Assembly (NCBI GenBank): GCA_963702005.1
Contig: OY969696.1
Location: forward strand, 672,001 to 736,000
DNA length: 64,000 bases
From: Candidatus Aminicenantes bacterium
GTDB taxonomy: Bacteria > Acidobacteriota > Aminicenantia > Aminicenantales > JAFGBC01
Direction: 5' to 3'
How positions within the stretch are numbered: the stretch's first letter is position 1; every line of letters starts with the position of its first letter. Of the stretch, positions 1 to 7,198 are shown piece after piece. A program made the translations under genes and the position numbers. The notes beneath the pieces were generated by a model. It saw nothing but the letters and a program-made list of their open reading frames with translations. It was not told the origin of the DNA and did not search any database.

Positions 1-164
1 AGATACTGCGGGCCGTGTCCGACGACGGCCAGGCGTTGGGGGATCTTATCGAGGCTGATTGGCTGGCCGGCCGCGTCCGTGAACTGGATGGAAGATTGGG
101 CGAATGCGGCAGAAATGGCGATCGCGAGGAGCGCGGGGATGACGAGTTTTAGCGAGGTGCGCAT
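1..164 (-). CDS. ABC transporter substrate-binding protein, Fe/B12 (BtuF-like) family; only the N-terminus is in the window
   Basis: Read manually: ATG at 164 with GAAAGGAG RBS gives MRTSLKLVIPALLAIAISAAFAQSSIQFTDAAGQPISLDKIPQRLAVVG; signal peptide plus the typical 'TDxxG..(V/I).l...PqR' start of Peripla_BP_2 proteins. Confidence 0.75.
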   Translation of the reverse strand, partial: MRTSLKLVIPALLAIAISAAFAQSSIQFTDAAGQPISLDKIPQRLAVVGHGPQY

Positions 165-170
165 GGCAGG

Positions 171-301
171 CTCTCCTTTCCAAGCACGGGCGGCCGGGGC
201 GTTTCCGCCTCGACCTCGGCCGGTCCGGGTCGGGGCCGGCGCAGCGACGGCTGGCCGTGGAGGGCGTGGGGCCGACTCTTTAGGCCGGGCCGTTCGGAGA
301 T
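171..301 (-). promoter_or_regulatory. Moco (molybdenum cofactor) riboswitch
   Basis: Minus strand: P1 CUCC/GGAG, P2 with CCUAAA...CACGG receptor, P3 GCCGG/CCGGC, P4 with GAAA tetraloop, and terminal CCCGUGCUUGGAAAGGAG overlapping the RBS, as in the Moco RNA motif. Confidence 0.85.
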
Positions 302-315
302 TCGATCGAGCCGCC

Positions 316-324
316 ATTATAGCA
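316..324 (-). promoter_or_regulatory. Extended -10 promoter (TGcTATAAT) for the riboswitch/SBP transcript
   Basis: Perfect TGn-TATAAT about 15 nt upstream of riboswitch P1. Confidence 0.7.
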
Positions 325-325
325 T

Positions 326-546
326 AATTCTGGGGACACACGACTTAATTCAGCTGTGGAATTCTGGGGACATGCTCTAGAATTCTCTTGAATTCTGGTG
401 CGTGTCCCCAGAATTCTCCTATATTGACATGAGTCCGTACCGATGATAAAAAAATGACGGAATTCGGGGGACACGATACCGAATTAAGAAATTCGGTTCA
501 TGTCCCCAGAATTCCTGTAGAATTAAGTCGTGTGTCCCCAGAATTC
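326..546. repeat. Nested GGGGACA/TGTCCCC inverted-repeat element (REP/STIR-like)
   Basis: Perfect 26-bp outer IR 326-351/520-545 enclosing hairpin units at 359-416 and 459-515. Confidence 0.85.
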
Positions 547-562
547 CCGGAAAGGAGCTCCG

Positions 563-997
563 ATGGCGCTCAAAGATAAAAAGATACCCGCCGGACGGCC
601 GGTCGATACCGCCTTGGCCGAGGCGATCCGGGGCCGGCTGATAGACGGAACGGTCGGCTGCGCCGCTGCGTTCACCCTGGCAAAAGAAAAGGGCATCGCG
701 CCGCTGTCCGTAGGCGAAGCGGCCGATTCGCTCGGCATCCACCTCAGCCATTGCCAATTGGGGCTTTTCGGATTCCCCGGACACGCTAAGGTCTGGGACA
801 GCCCGGGATGGAAGGAAGCGAACGCGCCGGCGGGCATCGAAGAAGCTGTCCGCTCCGCCCTCGATCCGGACGGGAGCCTCTCCTGCGCCGCCGCCTGGAC
901 CGTCGCCGACCGCTTCCATGTCGCCCGGGCGCAGGTCGACCGTTTCGCCAGCCGCCTGAAGATCAAGATCAAGCGCTGTCAGCTCGGCGCGTTTTAG
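563..997 (+). CDS. Small protein with a duplicated Cys motif (CxxA...CQLG(L/A)F x2), putative metal-binding
   Basis: AAAGGAG RBS; internal repeat CAAAFTLA...HCQLGLF / CAAAWTVA...RCQLGAF. Confidence 0.8.
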   Translation: MALKDKKIPAGRPVDTALAEAIRGRLIDGTVGCAAAFTLAKEKGIAPLSVGEAADSLGIHLSHCQLGLFGFPGHAKVWDSPGWKEANAPAGIEEAVRSALDPDGSLSCAAAWTVADRFHVARAQVDRFASRLKIKIKRCQLGAF

Positions 998-1074
998 TCC
1001 GGCCGCCGTTTTCTCGGCCCAGGGGCGAAAGAACGTCCGGAGGCCGAGTCTAAGGAAAGGTCTAAGGAAAGTAC

Positions 1075-1103
1075 TTGCCTTCGGTTTGTTCTCTGTTTAT
1101 AAT
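1075..1103 (+). promoter_or_regulatory. Sigma70-type promoter
   Basis: TTGCCT-17 bp-TATAAT. Confidence 0.7.
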
Positions 1104-1207
1104 GAGCCCGCCTTGAGAAAGCAGGCGATCCCCCTTGGAGCCTGAAGGGGAATCGCCTAGGAACTTCCATCGGACAAGGGTCGAGGGAGGGAGTCTTGGA
1201 GGTTCCG

Positions 1208-4138
1208 ATGAAGTGGAGCGGGCAGAAGATCGCAAAGCGGTTTTTCCCTGGATCTGTCTTTCTGGCCGCTATATCGGTCTGTGCCCCGCTCTTGGAAGCG
1301 GCCAAACCCATCGCCCAATACATCAACCGCGTCTGGCGTACGGAGAACGGCCTTCCCCAGTCCTCCGTCCAGGCGATCCTTCAGGCCCGGAGCGGCCACA
1401 TCTGGCTGGGGACTCAAGAAGGCCTGGTCCGCTTCAACGGGACCGATTTTACCGTCTTCGATAAAAAGAGCAATTCCGAGTTTCGCAACAACGATATCCG
1501 CGTCCTCCACGAGGGCCGGGATCGAATGTGGATCGGAACGGCCAACGGACTCCTGAGCTATAAGAACGGCCGCTTTCAGACTCATTTTACCAACCGGCCC
1601 GCCGGCGATTTTATCTCCGGACTCTTTGAGGACTCCCAGGGGACTCTTTGGGTCGGCACTTATGGAGGGCTGTGCCGATTGAAGGAGGGCCGGTTCGAAT
1701 TCACTACGACCCTGGAAGGCCTTGCCTCGAACGTCGTGACTGCGGTCTGTACGGACCGGGAAGGCGCCGTCTGGATCGGGACGGCCAACGGCTTGGACCG
1801 GATGAAGGACGGCCGGATTTCGGTCTACACCCGGGAAAACGGTCTGCCCCATGACTTCATCACGAGCGTTCTGGAAACCAGGGACGGAAGCCTATGGGTC
1901 GGAACGCGGGGCGGCCTGGTCCGCTTCCAGGACGGGCGTTTCCGCGTCTACACGACCAAGGACGGCCTGACGAGCGATACGATCATTTCTCTCTATGAGG
2001 ACCGGGAAGGCTGCCTTTGGATCGGGGCCGAGCGGAAAGGGCTCAACCGGTTCGGGGACGGCGTTTTTTCCAGCTTCACGATGAGGGACGGCCTCTCGGA
2101 CGACTATGTCCTGTCCATCTGTCAGGACCGGGAGGGCATCATCTGGGTCGGGACCTATGCCGGCGGCCTGAACCGGCTTTGGGAGGGGAAGTTCACGACC
2201 TATGCCATGCGGGAGGGTCTTCCTTCCAATGAAGTCCGGACCATCTTGGAAGGGTGCGACGGATCCGTTTGGATCGGAACCCGTGAAGGCGGGCTGGCCT
2301 GCCTCCGGGGGGGCGAGATGAAGACCTACTCCATGAAGGACGGGCTTCCCGACAACACGGTCCGGGCGCTGTTTGAAGACAAGGACGGCCGGCTCTGGAT
2401 CGGGACCAATAACGGCCTGTCCTGTTACCGGGACGGCCGGTTCGTCAACTTTTCCCGCAAGGATGGGCTGGCCCACGATTTCGTCCGATGTATCGTGCAG
2501 GACCAGGCCGGCCGGCTTTGGGTCGGCACGACGGGGGGAGGCCTGCACCTGTTCGACCGGAATCGCCTGATCTGTTATTTGGACAAAGGCATCCCGGATA
2601 CCGTTATCCGCTCCTTGACGGTTGCGCGGGACGGAAGCCTGTGGATCGGAACGAACGACGGGCTGTGCCATTGGCAGAACGGGAAGTATGCCCGGTTTTC
2701 CTCCGCGGACGGTCTCTCGGCCGATCCGATCTACGCCATCCACGAAGATTCCGAGGGGACGTTCTGGATCGGGACCTACGGCGGCGGGCTGTTCCGCTTC
2801 AAGAACGGACGTTTCACTCATTATACGATCCGGCAGGGCCTCTTCAACGACGTCGTCTTCCAAATCCTGGAGGACGGCCGGGGGGACCTCTGGATGAGCT
2901 GCAATGTCGGCATCTATCGCGTCAAGAAGCGGGATCTGGATGACTACGCGGCCGGGAAGATCGAGGCCATCAGCTGCGTCTCCTATGGAATGCCGGACGG
3001 GCTGCGGAGCGCCGAGTGCAACGGCAACGCCCAACCTTCGGGATGGAAAACCCGCGACGGACGGCTGTGGTTCCCCACGATCGAAGGCGTTGTCGTTATC
3101 GATCCGGACCGGATCGAACAGAATAAACAGGCTCCTCTCGTTTCCATCGATCAAGTCCTCATCAACGCGGTCGATTGCTGCCCGGCCCTGAAAGCCGATG
3201 CGCCTCCGGGCGGCGGCTCGCTCGAATTCCATTTCGCCGGGCTGAGCTTCATTGCGCCGGAGAGGGTGAGGTTCAAGTATAAGCTGGAGGGGCATGACGA
3301 CGAATGGATTGAGGCCGGGATCCGGCATAACGCCTTCTACACCAATATCCCGCCCGGCCGCTATCGCTTCCGCGTCATCGCCTGCAACAACGACAATATG
3401 TGGAACAGCGAGGGAGCCTCATTTGAATTCCGGCTGAGGCCCCATTTCTACCAGACGAAATGGTTTTACGCCCTGACGGTCCTGGCCCTGATGGCGGTCG
3501 GCCTCGGGCTCTATCAGTTGCGCGTCAGGCAGTTCAAAGCCCGGGAGAGAGAGCTGGCGGGTTTGGTTGCCGAGAAGACCAAGGACCTGGCCGAGGCCAA
3601 TCAAAAACTCGGGGCGGCCAACAAGGAGTTGGAACGATTGGCCAACATAGACGGGCTGACCGGCGTCTTCAACCGGCGGTTCTTCATGGACGTCCTGGAG
3701 GTCGAATGGCGCCGCGCCGAACGCCAGGGGATCTGGCTGTCCCTGCTTATGGCCGACGTGGACCACTTCAAGGCCTACAACGACAATTACGGCCACCAGG
3801 CCGGAGACCAATGTCTGAAGATTATCGCCCGCATGATGAAAAAAACCGTGACCCGGGCGGGAGATCTTATGGGTCGGTACGGCGGGGAAGAGTTCATCGT
3901 CGTGTTGCCCGCGACCGACCTCCAGGGCGCGGGGACGGTGGCCGAACGGCTGCGAAGCCAAGTCAAGACGCTCGGGATTAAACACGAGTTTTCGCAAGTG
4001 TCCGATCGCGTCACCGTGAGTCTCGGCGTGGCCACGATGCGGCCGAAGCGTGGACAGTCCATGAACGCACTGGTCAAAGCATCGGACGAAGCCCTTTATA
4101 AAGCGAAGAGAGCAGGCCGCAACCGCTGGGCGTCCTGA
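1208..4138 (+). CDS. Periplasmic beta-propeller (Reg_prop) + Y_Y_Y + TM + GGDEF diguanylate cyclase
   Basis: Many 'GL.s..v..i.ED..G.lWIGT..GL' repeats, YTNIPPGRYRF, TM helix, DGLTG, RAGD I-site, GGEEF. Confidence 0.95.
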   Translation: MKWSGQKIAKRFFPGSVFLAAISVCAPLLEAAKPIAQYINRVWRTENGLPQSSVQAILQARSGHIWLGTQEGLVRFNGTDFTVFDKKSNSEFRNNDIRVLHEGRDRMWIGTANGLLSYKNGRFQTHFTNRPAGDFISGLFEDSQGTLWVGTYGGLCRLKEGRFEFTTTLEGLASNVVTAVCTDREGAVWIGTANGLDRMKDGRISVYTRENGLPHDFITSVLETRDGSLWVGTRGGLVRFQDGRFRVYTTKDGLTSDTIISLYEDREGCLWIGAERKGLNRFGDGVFSSFTMRDGLSDDYVLSICQDREGIIWVGTYAGGLNRLWEGKFTTYAMREGLPSNEVRTILEGCDGSVWIGTREGGLACLRGGEMKTYSMKDGLPDNTVRALFEDKDGRLWIGTNNGLSCYRDGRFVNFSRKDGLAHDFVRCIVQDQAGRLWVGTTGGGLHLFDRNRLICYLDKGIPDTVIRSLTVARDGSLWIGTNDGLCHWQNGKYARFSSADGLSADPIYAIHEDSEGTFWIGTYGGGLFRFKNGRFTHYTIRQGLFNDVVFQILEDGRGDLWMSCNVGIYRVKKRDLDDYAAGKIEAISCVSYGMPDGLRSAECNGNAQPSGWKTRDGRLWFPTIEGVVVIDPDRIEQNKQAPLVSIDQVLINAVDCCPALKADAPPGGGSLEFHFAGLSFIAPERVRFKYKLEGHDDEWIEAGIRHNAFYTNIPPGRYRFRVIACNNDNMWNSEGASFEFRLRPHFYQTKWFYALTVLALMAVGLGLYQLRVRQFKARERELAGLVAEKTKDLAEANQKLGAANKELERLANIDGLTGVFNRRFFMDVLEVEWRRAERQGIWLSLLMADVDHFKAYNDNYGHQAGDQCLKIIARMMKKTVTRAGDLMGRYGGEEFIVVLPATDLQGAGTVAERLRSQVKTLGIKHEFSQVSDRVTVSLGVATMRPKRGQSMNALVKASDEALYKAKRAGRNRWAS

Positions 4139-4234
4139 CCTCAACGGGGCCGAGGCCACCAGAGCCGAACTTTCCGGTCAACCGGGGTGGGCCTTGAGTC
4201 CCGGCTCCATTCCCTCTATACTTCACAGAGAGCC

Positions 4235-4633
4235 ATGGGACGGCTTCGTTTGATGTCGGGACGGGCCGGGGGCGGGAAGCGAAGCCTTTTTTCGAAGCGG
4301 GTGGTCGAGACGATCCGGAGGATTCCCCGCCGGAAGGTCGCGACCTACGGACAGATCGCGGCCCTGGCCGGGAACGCGCGGGCGGCCCGCGGTGTCGCCT
4401 GGATTCTCCATTCCTCCTCGGACGCCGAGAGGATGCCCTGGCACCGGGTCATCGGAGGCCGGGGCAGGATCTCGCTCGGGCGGGGACGGGGATTCGAAGA
4501 GCAGCGGAGGCGGCTCGCCGCCGAGGGCGTCGCCGTCGACCGCGCCGGCCGGATCGACCTCGAAGTTTTTCAATGGGAGCCGCGGGGTAAGCTTCCCGCC
4601 GCGTTCAAGACCTTCGAGCGTTCTTTTCGCTGA
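4235..4633 (+). CDS. Alkyltransferase-like (ATL/YbaZ, MGMT family) protein
   Basis: IPxxKVATYGQIA...ARGVA and PWHRV (Trp in place of the catalytic Cys); start uncertain (4235 or 4253). Confidence 0.88.
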   Translation: MGRLRLMSGRAGGGKRSLFSKRVVETIRRIPRRKVATYGQIAALAGNARAARGVAWILHSSSDAERMPWHRVIGGRGRISLGRGRGFEEQRRRLAAEGVAVDRAGRIDLEVFQWEPRGKLPAAFKTFERSFR

Positions 4634-4642
4634 TTTAAACAT

Positions 4643-4773
4643 GAATTCCAGGGACACTGAATTCCAGGGACACGATCGAATTCTAGGGACATGATCGAAT
4701 TCTAGGGACACGATCGAATTCTAGGGACATGCTCTAGAATTCTCTTGAATTCTGGTGCGTGTCCCTAGAATTC
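4643..4773. repeat. Tandem array of GAATTC(C/T)AGGGACA units ending in a 58-bp hairpin unit
   Basis: Units start at 4643, 4659, 4678, 4697 and 4716; the last unit matches 359-416 at 56/58. Confidence 0.9.
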
Positions 4774-5407
4774 ATGTCTTCTCAGCAAACCATCCCTCAA
4801 TTGCACTTCTTCTCCTTCGACGGACCGAGAAAGACGGGCGGCCGCGGAATGGCAGCGCCCCACCCGAGCGGAGCAGGCGCAGGGTCAGGAAATAAGTTTT
4901 ATCCTTGAAGAAAAATCCGACGAAGCCGAAAACGTTCAAATCGATAGTCTCTCTGCAGATGCTCTTGACCGCTGGGTCCGCTTTCGGATCCAGGTCGTAG
5001 ACTTCGGCCTTGAACGTGTAGACGTTCTCCTTGAAGCTGACCTTGTCCGGGAAGAGGACGACGAGAAAGTCCCGTCCGTTGACGCGAAGGGCGTGGGCGA
5101 TCCTCGAGTTCGGGATCTCTTCCCCGGGCCAATGAACGTCCATCTCGGTCTCGCCCGCCATCCTGACCTTGTTCAGGTTGAACAATTGTCCGAGCTTGGC
5201 CTCCGAGAAGGATTCGTCGAGCGTCCCTTTGGCGAAAACGATTCCGACCTCGCCTTCCTTGGGTGTCGGGTAGAAATTCCGGCCCTCATCCGATGCGTAG
5301 AGCGTGAACTTGAGGTCCAGACTCAGGCTTGCGTATTGTCCATAAAGGGGAATCCCCGTTACGATCGCTGCCGCCAGAGCCGCCAGGATCAGGAGTTTCT
5401 TATTCAT
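4772..5407 (-). CDS. Hypothetical exported protein
   Basis: AGGAGG RBS and MNKKLLILAALAAAIVTG signal peptide; no recognised family. Confidence 0.7.
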   Translation of the reverse strand: MNKKLLILAALAAAIVTGIPLYGQYASLSLDLKFTLYASDEGRNFYPTPKEGEVGIVFAKGTLDESFSEAKLGQLFNLNKVRMAGETEMDVHWPGEEIPNSRIAHALRVNGRDFLVVLFPDKVSFKENVYTFKAEVYDLDPKADPAVKSICRETIDLNVFGFVGFFFKDKTYFLTLRLLRSGGALPFRGRPSFSVRRRRRSAIEGWFAEKT

Positions 5408-5459
5408 CGCCGGCCTCCTTATACACTTCCTATACAATCGAGGCGGCCGTTTATTCCCT

Positions 5460-5596
5460 AATTGGTGACAGACATCTATTTTCCGAATTAAGAAATAATT
5501 TTGTTATCAAACTGCAACGTGACGGAGGTTACCCTGCTAAATTAATAAAAAAGGGAATTAGATGTCTGTCACCAATTTAATCTCACCAATTTAATC
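5460..5596. repeat. GGTGACAG/CTGTCACC inverted-repeat element with a terminal 14-bp tandem duplication
   Basis: 19-bp perfect IR 5460-5478/5559-5577; TCACCAATTTAATC twice at 5569-5596. Confidence 0.85.
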
Positions 5597-5608
5597 TGCA
5601 TGCCGGGG

Positions 5609-5657
5609 AGCAGCCTTGCAGCACTCATACTAAGCCGGAAACGGCTTAGTATGAGTG
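5609..5657. repeat. REP-like 16-bp perfect hairpin (ACTCAT family)
   Basis: CACTCATACTAAGCCG-GAAA-CGGCTTAGTATGAGTG; its flank is related to 35482-35501. Confidence 0.6.
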
Positions 5658-5721
5658 TCGAGGGGTTGACAGAGCCGCATGTCCTCGTCTACCATCTCCT
5701 CAGACAGGAGGATCCGCCGCC

Positions 5722-6441
5722 ATGGACCCGACAACGAGCTTCAGCTCGCTGGCCAAGATGATCGATCATTCCCTGCTCCATCCCACCCTGACCGATCAGG
5801 CCGTCGCGGCCGGCTGCGAGCTGGCCCGGCGCTATGACGTGGCGACGGCCTGCGTCAAGCCCTGCTCGGTCGGGCTGGCCAAGGACGCTTTGGCCGGATC
5901 CGGGGTCGGCGTCGGGACGGTCGTCGGATTCCCGCACGGAAGTCCAACGAGCGCCGTCAAGCTGCGCGAGGCCGAGCAGGGTTTGGCCGACGGCGCTGTC
6001 GAATTCGACATGGTCGTCAATATCGGAAAAGTCCTGGGCGGAGACTGGGGCTACGTCGCCTCCGAGATCTGGAAGGTCAATGCGGCCGTCGCGGCCGGCG
6101 GGGGGCTCCTTAAGGTCATCTTCGAGACCGACTATCTCGATGATGCGGCCATCATCAAGCTCTGCGAGATCTGCGCGGCCGCGGCCGTCGCCTTCGTCAA
6201 GACCTCGACCGGCTTCGGGTTTGTGCGCCAGCCGAACGGGATGTATTCCTACCGGGGAGCGACCGACCACCACCTGACGCTGATGAGGGCCAACTGCCCG
6301 GAGACGGTCCGGATCAAGGCCGCGGGCGGCCTGCGGACGCTCGACGATCTGCTCCGGGTCCGCGCCCTGGGCGTGGCCCGGATCGGCGCGACGGCCACCG
6401 AGGCGATCCTGGAGGAGGCCCTGCGGCGCGGCTACCGCTGA
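5722..6441 (+). CDS. deoC: Deoxyribose-phosphate aldolase
   Basis: IDHSLL, VVGFPHG, EFDMVVN, LKVIFET, FVKTSTGF, IKAAGG, RIGA. Confidence 0.95.
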   Translation: MDPTTSFSSLAKMIDHSLLHPTLTDQAVAAGCELARRYDVATACVKPCSVGLAKDALAGSGVGVGTVVGFPHGSPTSAVKLREAEQGLADGAVEFDMVVNIGKVLGGDWGYVASEIWKVNAAVAAGGGLLKVIFETDYLDDAAIIKLCEICAAAAVAFVKTSTGFGFVRQPNGMYSYRGATDHHLTLMRANCPETVRIKAAGGLRTLDDLLRVRALGVARIGATATEAILEEALRRGYR

Positions 6442-6511
6442 CCGGGAGGGCGGAGGAAAACGGCTTGCAAACGGACGGTAAGTTTTCGATAATGGGAGGG
6501 ACTTAAGGGAC

Positions 6512-7180
6512 ATGCCAGGAACAGCCATTCTCATCGGCTCAGTCATCGGTCTCATCGTTCTCGCCCTGATCCTGGCCGGGATCATCCGCCGCGGCCTGCG
6601 CCTCAGGGCCGCCCTTCTCGAAGAAGCCGCCACGGCTCGGCGCGAGGTCGGGGAGCTGCAGGGAAAAATCGTCGAGGCCGCCAAGAAACTGGAGGATCTG
6701 TCCCGGATTGATCTCCTGACCGGCCTCCCCAACCGCCGCGAAATGCTGGAAAAGCTCGAGGAGGAGAAGGTCCGTTTCGAGCGAAGCCGCCGTCCGTTCG
6801 CCCTGATCATGGCCGACCTGGACCGCTTCAAGATTATCAACGACACCCACGGACACGACAGCGGCGATTATCTCCTCAAGGGGTGCGCCTCGCTTCTCCG
6901 CGCCTCCCTGCGCAAGCAAGACCGGGTCAGCCGCTGGGGCGCCGATGAATTCCTGCTTCTCCTGCCCGGGACGGACATCGGCGGCGGCCGGACCATCGTC
7001 GAGATGATCCGTAAGCGGGTCGGGGAAACATCTTTCAGCTATGGCGGCAAGGCCCTTAAAACCGGACTCTCGATGGGGCTATCCGTCTACCGGGGCGGCC
7101 TGTCGATCGACGACACGATCCGGGAAGCCGGCGACGCCCTCGAGGCGGACAAGAAAAAAGGGCGGCACCCGAAAGCGTGA
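6512..7180 (+). CDS. Membrane-anchored GGDEF protein (GADEF variant)
   Basis: N-terminal TM, coiled coil, DLLTGLPNRR, DLDRFKIINDTHGH, RKQD I-site, GADEF. Confidence 0.92.
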   Translation: MPGTAILIGSVIGLIVLALILAGIIRRGLRLRAALLEEAATARREVGELQGKIVEAAKKLEDLSRIDLLTGLPNRREMLEKLEEEKVRFERSRRPFALIMADLDRFKIINDTHGHDSGDYLLKGCASLLRASLRKQDRVSRWGADEFLLLLPGTDIGGGRTIVEMIRKRVGETSFSYGGKALKTGLSMGLSVYRGGLSIDDTIREAGDALEADKKKGRHPKA

Positions 7181-7198
7181 CCGCGCCGCCGGGCGCGT

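Noticed and set aside
1104-1207. c-di-GMP riboswitch before the GGDEF gene
   Set aside because: Lacks the GGCAAAC/GCAAAG and tetraloop-receptor pattern of class I and the class II core; kept only as a generic structured leader.
4643-4773. CRISPR array
   Set aside because: Units are 16-19 bp and contiguous with no unique spacers, and there are no cas genes in the window; it belongs to the hairpin repeat family.
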